A stretch of 64,000 nt of DNA from Candidatus Nanopelagicales bacterium (GCA_038208295.1 JBBQYX010000005.1:14213-78212); one strand, 5' to 3'; counted from the first letter of the stretch, positions 1 through 12,666 are shown. Numbers and translations are program-made. The notes: a model not told the origin generated them from the letters alone.

Positions 1-501
1 CAGCCGTACCCGCTGCCGCCACCAGTCGTGGCGGTCCTCGTTCAGTTGCGCCGCCTGCTCCACCTGGGCGGCGGCGACCTCGGACTCCCCCAGTCCGACG
101 GCGTCGGCTGCCAGCCCCAGCTCGGCGTCAAAGCGCGCCTCGGCGGAGTCCTGTGCGGCATGAAGCGCGGCCTCGTCGTACGTGCGACCCACCGCGTGGC
201 GACCCAGTTGGCGCTGCAGGCTGGCGATCGTCGAGGCGGCAAGGGAGACGAAGGTTGCACGCTCGGACTCGACGGCGGCAAAGCCGGCCAGGGGTTCGAG
301 CACAGTCAGTGCACCGCCGTACCGCCCGCTGGCGCCGAGGCACACCCCCAGCATCCACACCGCCGCGGTCGCCTCGACGGTCCGGTCGGCGGACTGGGCC
401 AACTCCACCGCCTGCCGAAGTCCCGCCACACCGGACGCCGGACGGCCATGGAAGGCGGCCCGCTCGCCGGCCGCCAGCAGCCCAGCGAGTTCGTCGTCCA
501 T
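1..501 (-). CDS. hypothetical alpha-helical protein, N-terminal 167 codons (gene continues past window start)
   Basis: Absent from the ORF track because there is no stop inside the window. Hand translation of the minus strand from ATG 501..499 gives MDDELAGLLAAGERAAFHGRPASGVAGLRQAVELAQSADRTVEATAAVWMLGVCLGASGRYGGALTVLEPLAGF...DWWRQRVRL, open to position 1. GAGGGGAG lies 7 nt upstream of the ATG. Codon third positions are nearly all G/C. Confidence 0.5.
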   Translation of the reverse strand, partial: MDDELAGLLAAGERAAFHGRPASGVAGLRQAVELAQSADRTVEATAAVWMLGVCLGASGRYGGALTVLEPLAGFAAVESERATFVSLAASTIASLQRQLGRHAVGRTYDEAALHAAQDSAEARFDAELGLAADAVGLGESEVAAAQVEQAAQLNEDRHDWWRQRVRL

Positions 502-656
502 CCGACCGCTCCCCTCGACTGTGCGGCCGCGACCCTACCGCGGGCGAGGTGCGCACAGTCGAGTCCCCGGCTCGGCGCGTTCGGGAAGGGTCCCGGTCGG
601 CGCGTCTGGCGCCGCCCTGCACCCCCTGGCTGCGAGCGTTCCGTGCTGTGTCTTGG

Positions 657-1742
657 TCATCCGGCGGCGCGCGCTGCCAATCGGGTGACGGCCTCGGTCA
701 GATCATGGAATCGGGTGACCGCGCCGGGCAATTCGGCGGGCCAGCCAGGGCCGGCGACCGCGAGCAACGGGGCTGGGCGTTGCTCAGGGATCTCGTGCAG
801 CAACGCCAGCTCGCCCTGCGCCGGAGCGTGCGCCCACAGCATCACAGCCGCCGGACCGATCCGGCGGATCGCCGCGACCAGGGCATCGTGCGGTACGCGC
901 GCCCCCAGCACCCGACTGGGGATGCGCCGCTCGGCCAGCGCGGCGGCGGTTGCGAACAGCGGCAGCGAATGCATCTCCTCATCGGCACAGGCGAGCAGGA
1001 CCCCACCGGGTGCCAGCATGCCGGTGCGTACGCCAGATCCGTTGGCGGTGAAGCGATGGGTGATGGAACCCAGCGCCGCCATCAGGGTTTCCGACAGCAG
1101 GTGCTCGACCTCGACACCGCGGCCGGTCTGCTGCCACCGCTGACCAATGGTCACCAGGACGGGAACGAGCACGTTGTCCCAGGTCCAGACCACGCCGCGG
1201 TGCTCGAGCGTGTCCCGGATCAGCGCCCCACACGCCTCGGAGTCCATGGTGCTGGCCGCCCGTAGCAGACCCCTGCTGGCGGCTGCGGCGGCCCGCCCCG
1301 GCGAAGTGACTCCCGCCGATACTGGGTCCGCGACCAGGTGCGGCCTTCGCGGCTGATCGGGTCGATCCGGTCCGGCGTCCTGCGGATATCGCCCCGCGGC
1401 CAGGACGGCTCCAACTGGACCGCGCTCCAGCGATTCGGACGATCCCGCGGCGTCCCACACCGGCTGCGTTCCCACCGACGGCCGCATCGCGGCCCTGGCG
1501 GCATCCGCAGGCGGGATGCCCGTCACTATCAGGCGCCGCATGTGGTCCAGCCGGGCCAGGTCGGCGGCCGTATAACGACGATGCGCCCCAGCCGTGTGCG
1601 CGGACGGACCCAGCCCGTATCTGCGGTCCCAGGTACGCAACGTGGCCGGCGCGATGCCGAGGCGGCGGGCGACCGCCGCGACCGTCAGCCCCAGTTGCCC
1701 GTCATGCGGATCGGCAGCGGTACCAGACGTCGGGGTCGGCAC
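657..1742 (-). CDS. MerR-family transcriptional regulator with C-terminal cobalamin(B12)-binding-like domain
   Basis: ORF 657..1799. N-terminal MerR HTH (LTVAAVARRLGIAPATLRTWDRRYGL, RRYTAADLARLDHMRRL). The C-terminal part follows the B12-binding-domain layout (LLACADEEMHSLPLFATAAALAE...VMLWAH...AVAGPGW). I moved the start to GTG 1742 because GAGGAGG lies 6 nt upstream; 1799 is also possible. Confidence 0.75.
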   Translation of the reverse strand: MPTPTSGTAADPHDGQLGLTVAAVARRLGIAPATLRTWDRRYGLGPSAHTAGAHRRYTAADLARLDHMRRLIVTGIPPADAARAAMRPSVGTQPVWDAAGSSESLERGPVGAVLAAGRYPQDAGPDRPDQPRRPHLVADPVSAGVTSPGRAAAAASRGLLRAASTMDSEACGALIRDTLEHRGVVWTWDNVLVPVLVTIGQRWQQTGRGVEVEHLLSETLMAALGSITHRFTANGSGVRTGMLAPGGVLLACADEEMHSLPLFATAAALAERRIPSRVLGARVPHDALVAAIRRIGPAAVMLWAHAPAQGELALLHEIPEQRPAPLLAVAGPGWPAELPGAVTRFHDLTEAVTRLAARAAG

Positions 1743-1882
1743 CAGCAACCTCCTCGCCCTACGTCGGTGTCGAGCCGGGGCGATTCCCGCTGCCGGCACT
1801 GCTGTTCACTCAATCCTGGCCAGTGTCAGGGCGCCGGGTCATACCTGCCACTCGACGTGCCGATGGATCCCGAAGCAAAACT

Positions 1883-1901
1883 TGTTCACATGCTGTTCAC
1901 A
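1883..1901 (+). promoter_or_regulatory. phased direct repeats TGTTCACA x2 in whiB3 upstream region
   Basis: TGTTCACA occurs at 1883..1890 and 1894..1901 (11-bp phase), and a third TGTTCACT at 1803..1810. The region is locally AT-richer and lies about 100 bp upstream of the whiB3 ATG. Confidence 0.3.
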
Positions 1902-2002
1902 GTTGTATCTTGCACAAGGTGCGAAGCGCTATGTATGGTTACCAACCAACGCGGGCTTCCCTCTGGGGGAGGCGATCGCGGATCATCCACCAGGAGGTCG
2001 TC

Positions 2003-2296
2003 ATGGCCGATGTCTCACGCCTACCCGGTCCGAACACGGACTTCTGGGATTGGCAGATGGACGCTGCGTGCAAGGGCCTGGACTCGGCGGCGTTCTTCCA
2101 TCCGGAAGGCGAACGCGGGCCCGCCCGGACGGCGCGCGAGCGGGCCGCCAAGGAGGTCTGCGCACGCTGCCCCGTGATCGCCCAATGCGCGACGCACGCG
2201 CTGAAGGTCCGCGAGCCCTACGGCGTCTGGGGCGGCATGTCCGAGGACGAGCGCGACAAGGTCCTGCTGCGTATGCGCATCCCCGCCAGCGCCTGA
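2003..2296 (+). CDS. whiB3: WhiB-family Fe-S redox-sensing transcription factor (WhiB3/WhiD orthologue)
   Basis: Inner ATG 2003 of ORF 1823..2296 has AGGAGG at 1993..1998. MADVSRLPGPNTDFWDWQ...C-x29-C-x2-C-x5-C and the GVWGG turn are present. The N-terminus closely resembles remembered WhiD/WhiB3 sequences. Synteny next to groEL1-groES matches mycobacteria. Confidence 0.92.
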   Translation: MADVSRLPGPNTDFWDWQMDAACKGLDSAAFFHPEGERGPARTARERAAKEVCARCPVIAQCATHALKVREPYGVWGGMSEDERDKVLLRMRIPASA

Positions 2297-2324
2297 GACT
2301 GCCGGTCAGTCCCTGCGATACGCC

Positions 2325-2358
2325 GAAGGCCCGACACCCCAGCGGGTGTCGGGCCTTC
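2325..2358. terminator. bidirectional intrinsic terminator hairpin between convergent whiB3 and groEL
   Basis: Perfect 15-bp stem GAAGGCCCGACACCC / GGGTGTCGGGCCTTC with 4-nt loop CAGC. Confidence 0.7.
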
Positions 2359-2373
2359 GGGCTTGACTGACTT

Positions 2374-4011
<1,638 letters not shown>

Positions 4012-4140
4012 TCACGGTGGATCGGCGGCACCGCAGCCGAAAGCCCCGGCGCCCGGCACAGCGGGCAGCCGGGGCTTCGGCGAGCGGTCGTACGCGGGGA
4101 CCTGTCTGGAGACGACAGGGATTACTTGACGACGCCAGAC

Positions 4141-4440
4141 CTACTTGACGACGACAGCGAGCACGTCGCGAGCGGAGAGGATCAGGTATTCCTCGCCGTT
4201 GTACTTGATCTCGGTGCCGCCGTACTTGCTGTAGACGACGACGTCGCCCTCGGCGATGTCCAGCGGAATGCGCTTCTCGCCGTCCTCGTCGAAACGCCCC
4301 GGGCCTACCGCGAGGACCTTGCCCTCCTGGGGCTTCTCCTTCGCGGTGTCCGGGATAACCAGACCGGACGCCGTCGTCTGCTCGGCGTCAAGCGGCTGGA
4401 CCAGGATCCGGTCCTCGAGCGGCTTGATGGTGACCGACAC
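4141..4440 (-). CDS. groES: co-chaperonin GroES
   Basis: 99 aa. [49 protein letters not shown]... is canonical GroES. Confidence 0.97.
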   Translation of the reverse strand: MSVTIKPLEDRILVQPLDAEQTTASGLVIPDTAKEKPQEGKVLAVGPGRFDEDGEKRIPLDIAEGDVVVYSKYGGTEIKYNGEEYLILSARDVLAVVVK

Positions 4441-4529
4441 GGTCAGACCTCCCCCTTGCGGGATCGATTAAAAAGTATGGGTAATGCGCGCAACGGGCTC
4501 GTCGTCGCGGTGCCGAGCCAGTGCCCACG

Positions 4530-4556
4530 TCGGCACTCACCGGCGGTGAGTGCCAA
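4530..4556. promoter_or_regulatory. CIRCE-like HrcA operator (degenerate copy)
   Basis: TCGGCACTC-N9-GAGTGCCAA versus consensus TTAGCACTC-N9-GAGTGCTAA, about 90 bp upstream of groES. Confidence 0.6.
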
Positions 4557-4575
4557 CGCCACCCTAGGCAAGCGG

Positions 4576-4602
4576 TTAGCACTCCGTCAACCGGAGTGCC
4601 AA
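4576..4602. promoter_or_regulatory. CIRCE HrcA operator
   Basis: TTAGCACTC-CGTCAACCG-GAGTGCCAA has one mismatch to the CIRCE consensus. It lies in the groES/pta divergent intergenic region. Confidence 0.85.
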
Positions 4603-4723
4603 CCGCCCGGCCGGTGCGGCGTACTGCCGATGGCCGCGGCGAACCAGGAAGGGCCGGGAGCGGGCAGGATGGGTCGGCCGTCCCGAGCGCACCGGGCGGC
4701 AGCAACGGCGAGGGAGTGGTTCG

Positions 4724-6973
4724 GTGTCGGACTGCCTATACCTGATGGCAACCGGGGAACGAGCCGGCAAGGCGGTCGTCGCCCTAGGCCTGGTGGAACT
4801 GCTGGCCCGCAACGTGGAACGGGTCGCGGTCTTCCGTCCCCTGGTGAGGTCGCGGGACGCCGACCCGCTGGCCGAGTTGCTCCTGGGTCACTTCCAACTT
4901 CCCCAGACCCACGCAGACGCAGTCGGGCTCAGCTACGCCGAGGCCGACGATCTCATCCAGGGCGGCGACCAGACCCGGTTCATCTCCTACGTCGTGAACC
5001 GGGTCGCCCGACTGCGCGAGAGCCACTCCTTCGTTCTGGTGATCGGCAGCGACTATGCCGGACCGGCGCCGGCGACCGAACTGGACCTGAACGCCGCGCT
5101 GGCGGCCAATGTTGCCGCTGCGGTGCTGGCGGTCGTGCACGGGGGGGCCCGTGACGGCCAGCACGGTCAGCCGTCAGGTCGATCCGGTGCCCGGGCGGAT
5201 GCGCTGGACGCGGCCGTGTCCGCCGCGCGGCACTCGGTGTCCGCGCACGGCGCGAGCCTGGTGGCCACGGTCCTCAACCGGGTTCCCCCCGCCGACCTGC
5301 ACGATCTTCGGCGCCGTTGGGCCAAGGCCGGACCGGCTCCGGTGTATGTGCTGCCGGACCTGCCGCTGATGGCGGCGCTGACCGTGGCCGAGGTCACCGC
5401 TGGCCTGCCCGCCGAGCAGGTGGCCGGTTCCACCCAGGCCCTGGAACGTGAGGTCGAGTCCTACGTCGTGGGCTCCGGGCATCTGCAGACGTTCCTGCCG
5501 CTGCTGACCGACGGCTGTTTCGTGGTGACCTCGGGCGACCGCTCCGACCTCGCCGTCGGCGCTGCGGCGGCTGCCTCGAGTCCTCGGCTACCAACCCCGG
5601 CCGGCATCCTGCTGACCAGCGGGCACATCCCAGATCCGTGGACCCGATCGTTACTGGACAGTTCCAGCCTGCCGGTACTGGCCGTCGACTCCGACACCTA
5701 CCACGCGCTGCACGCGTTGGAGCGGCTGCGCGGAGCCATCCGGCCGACCAGCCGCCGCAAGATCGCCGCCGCTCTGCGCTCCTTCGCAGACGGCGTCGAT
5801 TCCGAGGCGCTGACGGCACGGATCCGGCTGTCTCGCAGCGAGGTGGTGACACCGGCGATGTTCTCCCATGCCCTGCTCGAACGGGCCCGCGCGGATCGGC
5901 GCCACATCGTCCTGCCCGAGTCCGGGGACGAGCGGGTACTGCGGGCGGCGGAGGAACTCAGCCATGCCGGCGTGGTCGACCTGACTCTGCTGGGCAACCC
6001 CGACCACGTCCACGCGCACGCTCAACGCCTCGGTTTGGATCTGTCCAAGGTCACCATCCTCGACCCCGCCACCTCGCCGCTGCGCAGGGAGTTCGCCCAG
6101 TTGTACGCGGAACTGCGCGCGCACAAGGGGGTGACGGTCGACGCCGCCCGCGACGTCGTCCACGACCTGTCCTACTTCGCCACCCTGCTGGTCCATACCG
6201 GCCGGGTCGACGGGATGGTGTCCGGTGCGGCGCACACGACTGCGCACACCATCCGGCCGGCCTTGGAGATCATCCGTACGACGCCAGGTTCGTCCCTGGT
6301 CTCCAGCGCCTTCTTCATGTGCCTGCCCGACCGGGTTCTGGTCTTCGCCGACTGCGCGGTCAACCCCGATCCCACCGCCGAGCAGCTGGCCGACATCGCC
6401 GTGTGCGCGGCGGACACCGGCCAGGCGTTCGGGGTGGAGCCGCGGGTCGCGATGCTGTCGTACTCCACGGGCAGCAGTGGACACGGCAGCGACGTGGACA
6501 AGGTCCGGGCCGCAGTGGAGTCCGTCGCACAGCGCCGACCGGGCCTGCCACTGGTCGGCCCGATCCAGTACGACGCGGCCGTCGATCCCGAGGTCGGCGC
6601 CTCGAAGCTGCCGGGCAACCCGGTCGCCGGGCACGCCTCCGTGTTGATCTTCCCCGACCTCAACAGCGGGAACACCACCTACAAGGCGGTGCAGCGGTCC
6701 TCCGGAGCCATTGCTATCGGCCCGGTGCTCATGGGGCTACGACGCCCGGTCAACGACCTGTCCCGTGGATGCACGGTCGCCGACATCATCAATACCGTGG
6801 CAATCACCGCCGTGCAGGCGCAGCAGGTGGCCCGGCGGGCTGCGTCAGGCGTCGCTGCGCCGCCGGTCGATACGTCGGAGCAGGTCGAACCGTCGGAGCA
6901 GGTCGAACCGGCGGGCCCGGCGCCGGCGGGGTCGCTGGCCGGCTCGGTGAAGGCCGGCTCGGTGAAGAGGTGA
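4724..6973 (+). CDS. pta: phosphate acetyltransferase, long form (N-terminal DRTGG/AAA-like domains plus PTA domain)
   Basis: 749 aa. GTG start with GAGGGAG 8 nt upstream. The C-terminal half ...RHIVLPESGDERVLRAAEEL...VSGAAHTTAHTIRPALEII...FADCAVNPDP... is typical Pta. The C-terminal tail is repetitive. Confidence 0.92.
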   Translation: MSDCLYLMATGERAGKAVVALGLVELLARNVERVAVFRPLVRSRDADPLAELLLGHFQLPQTHADAVGLSYAEADDLIQGGDQTRFISYVVNRVARLRESHSFVLVIGSDYAGPAPATELDLNAALAANVAAAVLAVVHGGARDGQHGQPSGRSGARADALDAAVSAARHSVSAHGASLVATVLNRVPPADLHDLRRRWAKAGPAPVYVLPDLPLMAALTVAEVTAGLPAEQVAGSTQALEREVESYVVGSGHLQTFLPLLTDGCFVVTSGDRSDLAVGAAAAASSPRLPTPAGILLTSGHIPDPWTRSLLDSSSLPVLAVDSDTYHALHALERLRGAIRPTSRRKIAAALRSFADGVDSEALTARIRLSRSEVVTPAMFSHALLERARADRRHIVLPESGDERVLRAAEELSHAGVVDLTLLGNPDHVHAHAQRLGLDLSKVTILDPATSPLRREFAQLYAELRAHKGVTVDAARDVVHDLSYFATLLVHTGRVDGMVSGAAHTTAHTIRPALEIIRTTPGSSLVSSAFFMCLPDRVLVFADCAVNPDPTAEQLADIAVCAADTGQAFGVEPRVAMLSYSTGSSGHGSDVDKVRAAVESVAQRRPGLPLVGPIQYDAAVDPEVGASKLPGNPVAGHASVLIFPDLNSGNTTYKAVQRSSGAIAIGPVLMGLRRPVNDLSRGCTVADIINTVAITAVQAQQVARRAASGVAAPPVDTSEQVEPSEQVEPAGPAPAGSLAGSVKAGSVKR
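6875..6967 (+). repeat. in-frame tandem duplications in the pta 3' end
   Basis: TCGGAGCAGGTCGAACCG x2 (6875..6910) and GCCGGCTCGGTGAAG x2 (6938..6967). They encode SEQVEP-SEQVEP and AGSVK-AGSVK, ending 3 nt before the GTGA pta/ackA junction. Confidence 0.9.
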
Positions 6974-8211
6974 CCCGCACTGCAACTCCCGCCAGCGCGA
7001 AACCCGGCTGGGACCATGCGGCCGGCCCGGTGCTGGTCGTCAACACCGGATCGTCGAGCCTGAAATACCGCCTTGTCGATCCGGGCACGGGTGCCGGGCT
7101 CGCGCACGGCCTGGCCGAGCGCATCGGGCTCCCGGGATCGACCCTGCGGCACGAAGTCCCCGGCGGCCACGTTTCGCAGTCCGAACGGCCGTTGCCCGAC
7201 CACGCCGCAGCACTGGCCGCGATGCTGGAGATGTTTCGGGACCTCGGGCCGAGCCTGGACGGACTGCTGGCCGTCGGCCACCGGGTCGTCCACGGCGGCG
7301 CGGTCTTCACCGAGCCCACGCTGGTGGACGATGCAGTGCAAGCCGCTGTGGAGCGGCTGGTACCGCTGGCACCGCTGCACAATCCGGCCTGCCTGCTGGG
7401 CATCCGGGAACTGCGCCGGCTGCTTCCCGAGGTGCCGCAGGTCGGGGTCTTCGACACGGCATTCCATGCTGGCATGCCGGCATACGCCAGCACGTACGCA
7501 GTACCGCGGGATTGGCGCGAGACCCATGGCGTACGCAAGTACGGCTTCCACGGATCCAGTTACGCCTACGTCACCCGCCGGGCCGCGCAGCTGCTGGGCC
7601 GACCGGTGCACGAAACCAACCTGGTCATCGCCCACCTGGGCAACGGCGCCTCGATAGCGGCGGTGCAGGGCGGCCGCGGGGTCGACACGACGATGGGGCT
7701 GACGCCGCTGCCAGGGCTGGTCATGGGCACCCGCAGCGGTGACGTGGACCCCGCCGTGATCACCCATCTGGGCCGGGTGGCGGGCCTGGACGCGACCGAG
7801 GTCGACCGGCAACTGAACACCGGGTCGGGGCTGCTGGGGCTGGCGGGGGCCTCGGACATGCGCGCCGTACGCAGCGCCGCCGACGCCGGTGATCCCGACG
7901 CGATCCTCGCACTGCAGGTGTACGCGTACCGGATCCGCTGCTACCTCGGTGCTTACCTGGCGGCCGTCCCGGGAGTGCACGCGATCGTGTTCACCGCGGG
8001 CATCGGCGAGAACGACCCACGACTGCGGGCCGACGTATGCGACCCGTTGGCGCACCTGGGTATCACCCTGCGAGCCGAGCACAACGACGGCCCGCGCGGC
8101 GAAGACCGTGCGATCGACGACGGCAGCGGGGCCATCCGAGTCCTGGTGGTCCGCACCGACGAGGAGGCCGAGATCGCCCGCGAGGCCGCCAGCGTCGTGC
8201 GACGAGCCTGA
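6970..8211 (+). CDS. ackA: acetate kinase
   Basis: In-frame tail of ORF 5638..8211. GTG 6970 overlaps the pta stop (GTGA); an alternative GTG is at 7030. VLVVNTGSSSLKYRL, FHGSSYAYV and IAHLGNGASI are acetate kinase motifs. Confidence 0.92.
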   Translation: MTRTATPASAKPGWDHAAGPVLVVNTGSSSLKYRLVDPGTGAGLAHGLAERIGLPGSTLRHEVPGGHVSQSERPLPDHAAALAAMLEMFRDLGPSLDGLLAVGHRVVHGGAVFTEPTLVDDAVQAAVERLVPLAPLHNPACLLGIRELRRLLPEVPQVGVFDTAFHAGMPAYASTYAVPRDWRETHGVRKYGFHGSSYAYVTRRAAQLLGRPVHETNLVIAHLGNGASIAAVQGGRGVDTTMGLTPLPGLVMGTRSGDVDPAVITHLGRVAGLDATEVDRQLNTGSGLLGLAGASDMRAVRSAADAGDPDAILALQVYAYRIRCYLGAYLAAVPGVHAIVFTAGIGENDPRLRADVCDPLAHLGITLRAEHNDGPRGEDRAIDDGSGAIRVLVVRTDEEAEIAREAASVVRRA

Positions 8212-8224
8212 CCCGGCCGCAGCG

Positions 8225-8254
8225 CTGACTCAGGCAGGATCGCTCCTGAGTCAG
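8225..8254. terminator. hairpin between convergent ackA and the 8314..9693 gene
   Basis: 10-bp stem CTGACTCAGG / CCTGAGTCAG with a 10-nt loop, 14 nt after the ackA stop. Confidence 0.6.
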
Positions 8255-8313
8255 CAGGGCAATTCAGCAGGGCGCGTCAAGCAGGGCGCGTCAAGCAGGG
8301 CACTGCCGCCGAC
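8251..8313. repeat. 13-14 bp tandem repeat abutting the stop of the 8314..9693 gene
   Basis: Units are TCAGCAGGGCAAT / TCAGCAGGGCGCG / TCAAGCAGGGCGCG / TCAAGCAGGGCACTGCC.... Each starts with TCA (TGA on the minus strand), directly followed by the real stop at 8314..8316. Confidence 0.8.
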
Positions 8314-9693
8314 TCAGACGTTGGCGCCCGCCTCCTGACCGGCGGCCTCCTGCTCAGTGAGCTGCTCGTCCTGATGGTGCTCGTCCTGGTGCTGGGCGTC
8401 AGTGCCCTCCGGGTCAGTGCCCTCCGGGTCAGTGACTTCCTGCGCAGTGCCCTCCTGCGCAGTGACCTCCTGGGCAGTGATCTGCTGGCCAGTGACGGCA
8501 GCCGCGTCGGCGGCCAGGTCGGTGGCCACATCGGCGGCGGTGAACGCCGACGGCGCGGTCGCCGCCGCGGCGAGGACCGAGGCGCGCCAGCCGGCCAGCG
8601 GCAGCGCGGCCATCGTCCGCTCGCGGGACACGTCGGTCTTCCACTCGGTCCCGTGCACGCCCAGGTCGGCGATCGGCTCCCAGTCCCGGTCACACACCCG
8701 GCGGCCGCGCGAGACGGCGTCCGGCAGAGTCACCCCGCACAGCAAGCAACAGCCACGCGCCGGTGCCCTACGTGCCTCCTGCACCACCGACACCCGCTCC
8801 AGTACGGTCCGTCGGCCTGCCCTGGCATCCTCCGACAGGCCACCGCGATGCACGGCCACCGCCTCGGGCCCGGCGCAGCCGAGCGGGCCGCTGAGCAGCC
8901 CGCACAACACGTACCCGGCCTGCAGGGCATCGGCCACTGGGCGCACCGCGATCACAGCGCCGGGCAGCTGCGCAGCGTCGGTGTCCGCGGCCAGCGCCGC
9001 GTCGGGCTGCCCAAGCCGCTCCGGCTCGGCCGCCGGCCACAGCAACCAGCCCTGCGCAGCCAGGGCCACGGCCAATTCCTGGTCGGCAACCTCGGCACTG
9101 AGCACCCACACCGGGGTCGCGCGGTCCACCAGGTGCACCCGGATCACCAGATCGCCGTCGCCGACGGGCGCGGACACCGCGGTCTGCGGATACAGCAGCA
9201 GTTCGTCGGGACGGAACGTCACTCGCAACCGCTGCTCCAACCCGTGCCAGGTGGGCAACGTGACCTGCCCGGCGGGCAGCGGGCGGGGGTTGGTCAGGAA
9301 ACTGTCGCGCACGTAGTCAGGTCGTTCCGCCGGCCGTACGCCCGCCAGCCATGGGTCGGGCGGCGGTGCCGGGGTCGCCCGGGGCGCTCGCGCTACGCCC
9401 GCCGTGCTCGCCCGAGGCGCGCGGGGCGTAGCGGTCTTCCGGGGTGCGGCGGCCTCCCGTTCGGCCGCGGCGATCCGGGCGGCGGCCACCTCGGCCGTCT
9501 GCCAATGCTCGATCCGCCCCGGCACGCGTACGCAACCGGAGTCCTCCTCGCTGAGCAGGCCGCGAGCCGTCGCGATGTCCAGGACCCGGCCGGTCTGGCG
9601 CATGACGGCAGACTGGAAGTCACCCACCGTCCACGTCGGGCCGGCCAGGGTCGTCATCTGCTGGGCCACTGCGCGTAGGGCCTCATCCATCAT
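8314..9693 (-). CDS. hypothetical protein with Cys cluster and acidic C-terminal 5-residue repeats
   Basis: 459 aa with protein-like composition, whereas the antisense ORFs are Arg/Gly/Pro/His-rich shadows. No family recognised. Contains CCLLCGVTLPDAVSRGRRVC and the C-terminal ITAQE/VTAQE/GTAQE/VTDPE/GTDPE repeats. Confidence 0.7.
   Translation of the reverse strand: MMDEALRAVAQQMTTLAGPTWTVGDFQSAVMRQTGRVLDIATARGLLSEEDSGCVRVPGRIEHWQTAEVAAARIAAAEREAAAPRKTATPRAPRASTAGVARAPRATPAPPPDPWLAGVRPAERPDYVRDSFLTNPRPLPAGQVTLPTWHGLEQRLRVTFRPDELLLYPQTAVSAPVGDGDLVIRVHLVDRATPVWVLSAEVADQELAVALAAQGWLLWPAAEPERLGQPDAALAADTDAAQLPGAVIAVRPVADALQAGYVLCGLLSGPLGCAGPEAVAVHRGGLSEDARAGRRTVLERVSVVQEARRAPARGCCLLCGVTLPDAVSRGRRVCDRDWEPIADLGVHGTEWKTDVSRERTMAALPLAGWRASVLAAAATAPSAFTAADVATDLAADAAAVTGQQITAQEVTAQEGTAQEVTDPEGTDPEGTDAQHQDEHHQDEQLTEQEAAGQEAGANV
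8398..8502 (-). repeat. seven 15-bp in-frame tandem units in the 3' end of the 8314..9693 gene
   Basis: Units of pattern NNCAGTGNCNTCCTG (for example GTCAGTGCCCTCCGG x2 perfect), encoding the acidic pentapeptide repeats. Confidence 0.85.
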
Positions 9694-9717
9694 CGACGCC
9701 GGTCTCCACCCACTAAG

Positions 9718-9762
9718 CCGCCTGCCGGTCAGGCGGTCCCGACCCGGTCAACCGACCGGGTC
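9718..9762. promoter_or_regulatory. two adjacent inverted repeats in divergent intergenic region
   Basis: CCGCCTG-CCGGT-CAGGCGG (9718..9736) and a perfect 9-4-9 palindrome GACCCGGTC-AACC-GACCGGGTC (9741..9762). Confidence 0.3.
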
Positions 9763-9962
9763 CTATGACGACCGTACCCCTGCACCGCGGCGTCACCACC
9801 CAGAAAGACATTCCGGGCATTCAACGAAGCTCCGTGCAAAGACAGCCCGAATCAGGTGGTTTCACGCTCGGCTGAGGTGGGCTGACGCAGAGTTTCGGAC
9901 GCGCGCGCAGGGCACCGCGCGGTAGGCGCGACGGATCGCTACGGTCGCGCCGGAGGTGCCCG

Positions 9963-12638
<2,676 letters not shown>

Positions 12639-12666
12639 GCAGGCCGCTATGGAGCGGAAGGAGGTC

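Noticed and set aside
28-1265. Long plus-strand ORFs (371 and 370 aa) and several others covering the first 1.3 kb.
   Set aside because: Their products are Arg/Gly/Pro/His-rich with no motifs. They are frame shadows of the real minus-strand genes (1..501 and the MerR regulator), as expected in 70% GC DNA.
1883-1901. Reading the TGTTCACA repeats upstream of whiB3 as a CRP/Cmr site (TGTGA-N6-TCACA).
   Set aside because: The two half-sites are direct repeats, not inverted. I kept them only as unexplained phased repeats.
5638-6969. A 444-codon N-terminal extension of the ackA reading frame, overlapping pta.
   Set aside because: The translation is low-complexity Arg/Pro/Gly. Recognisable acetate kinase sequence begins only after the pta stop, and a GTGA coupling site lies at 6970.
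8374-9678. Plus-strand ORFs of 434 and 304 aa antisense to the 8314..9693 gene.
   Set aside because: They are same-phase antisense shadows with Arg/Gly/His/Pro-rich products. The minus-strand product has normal protein composition and higher third-position GC.
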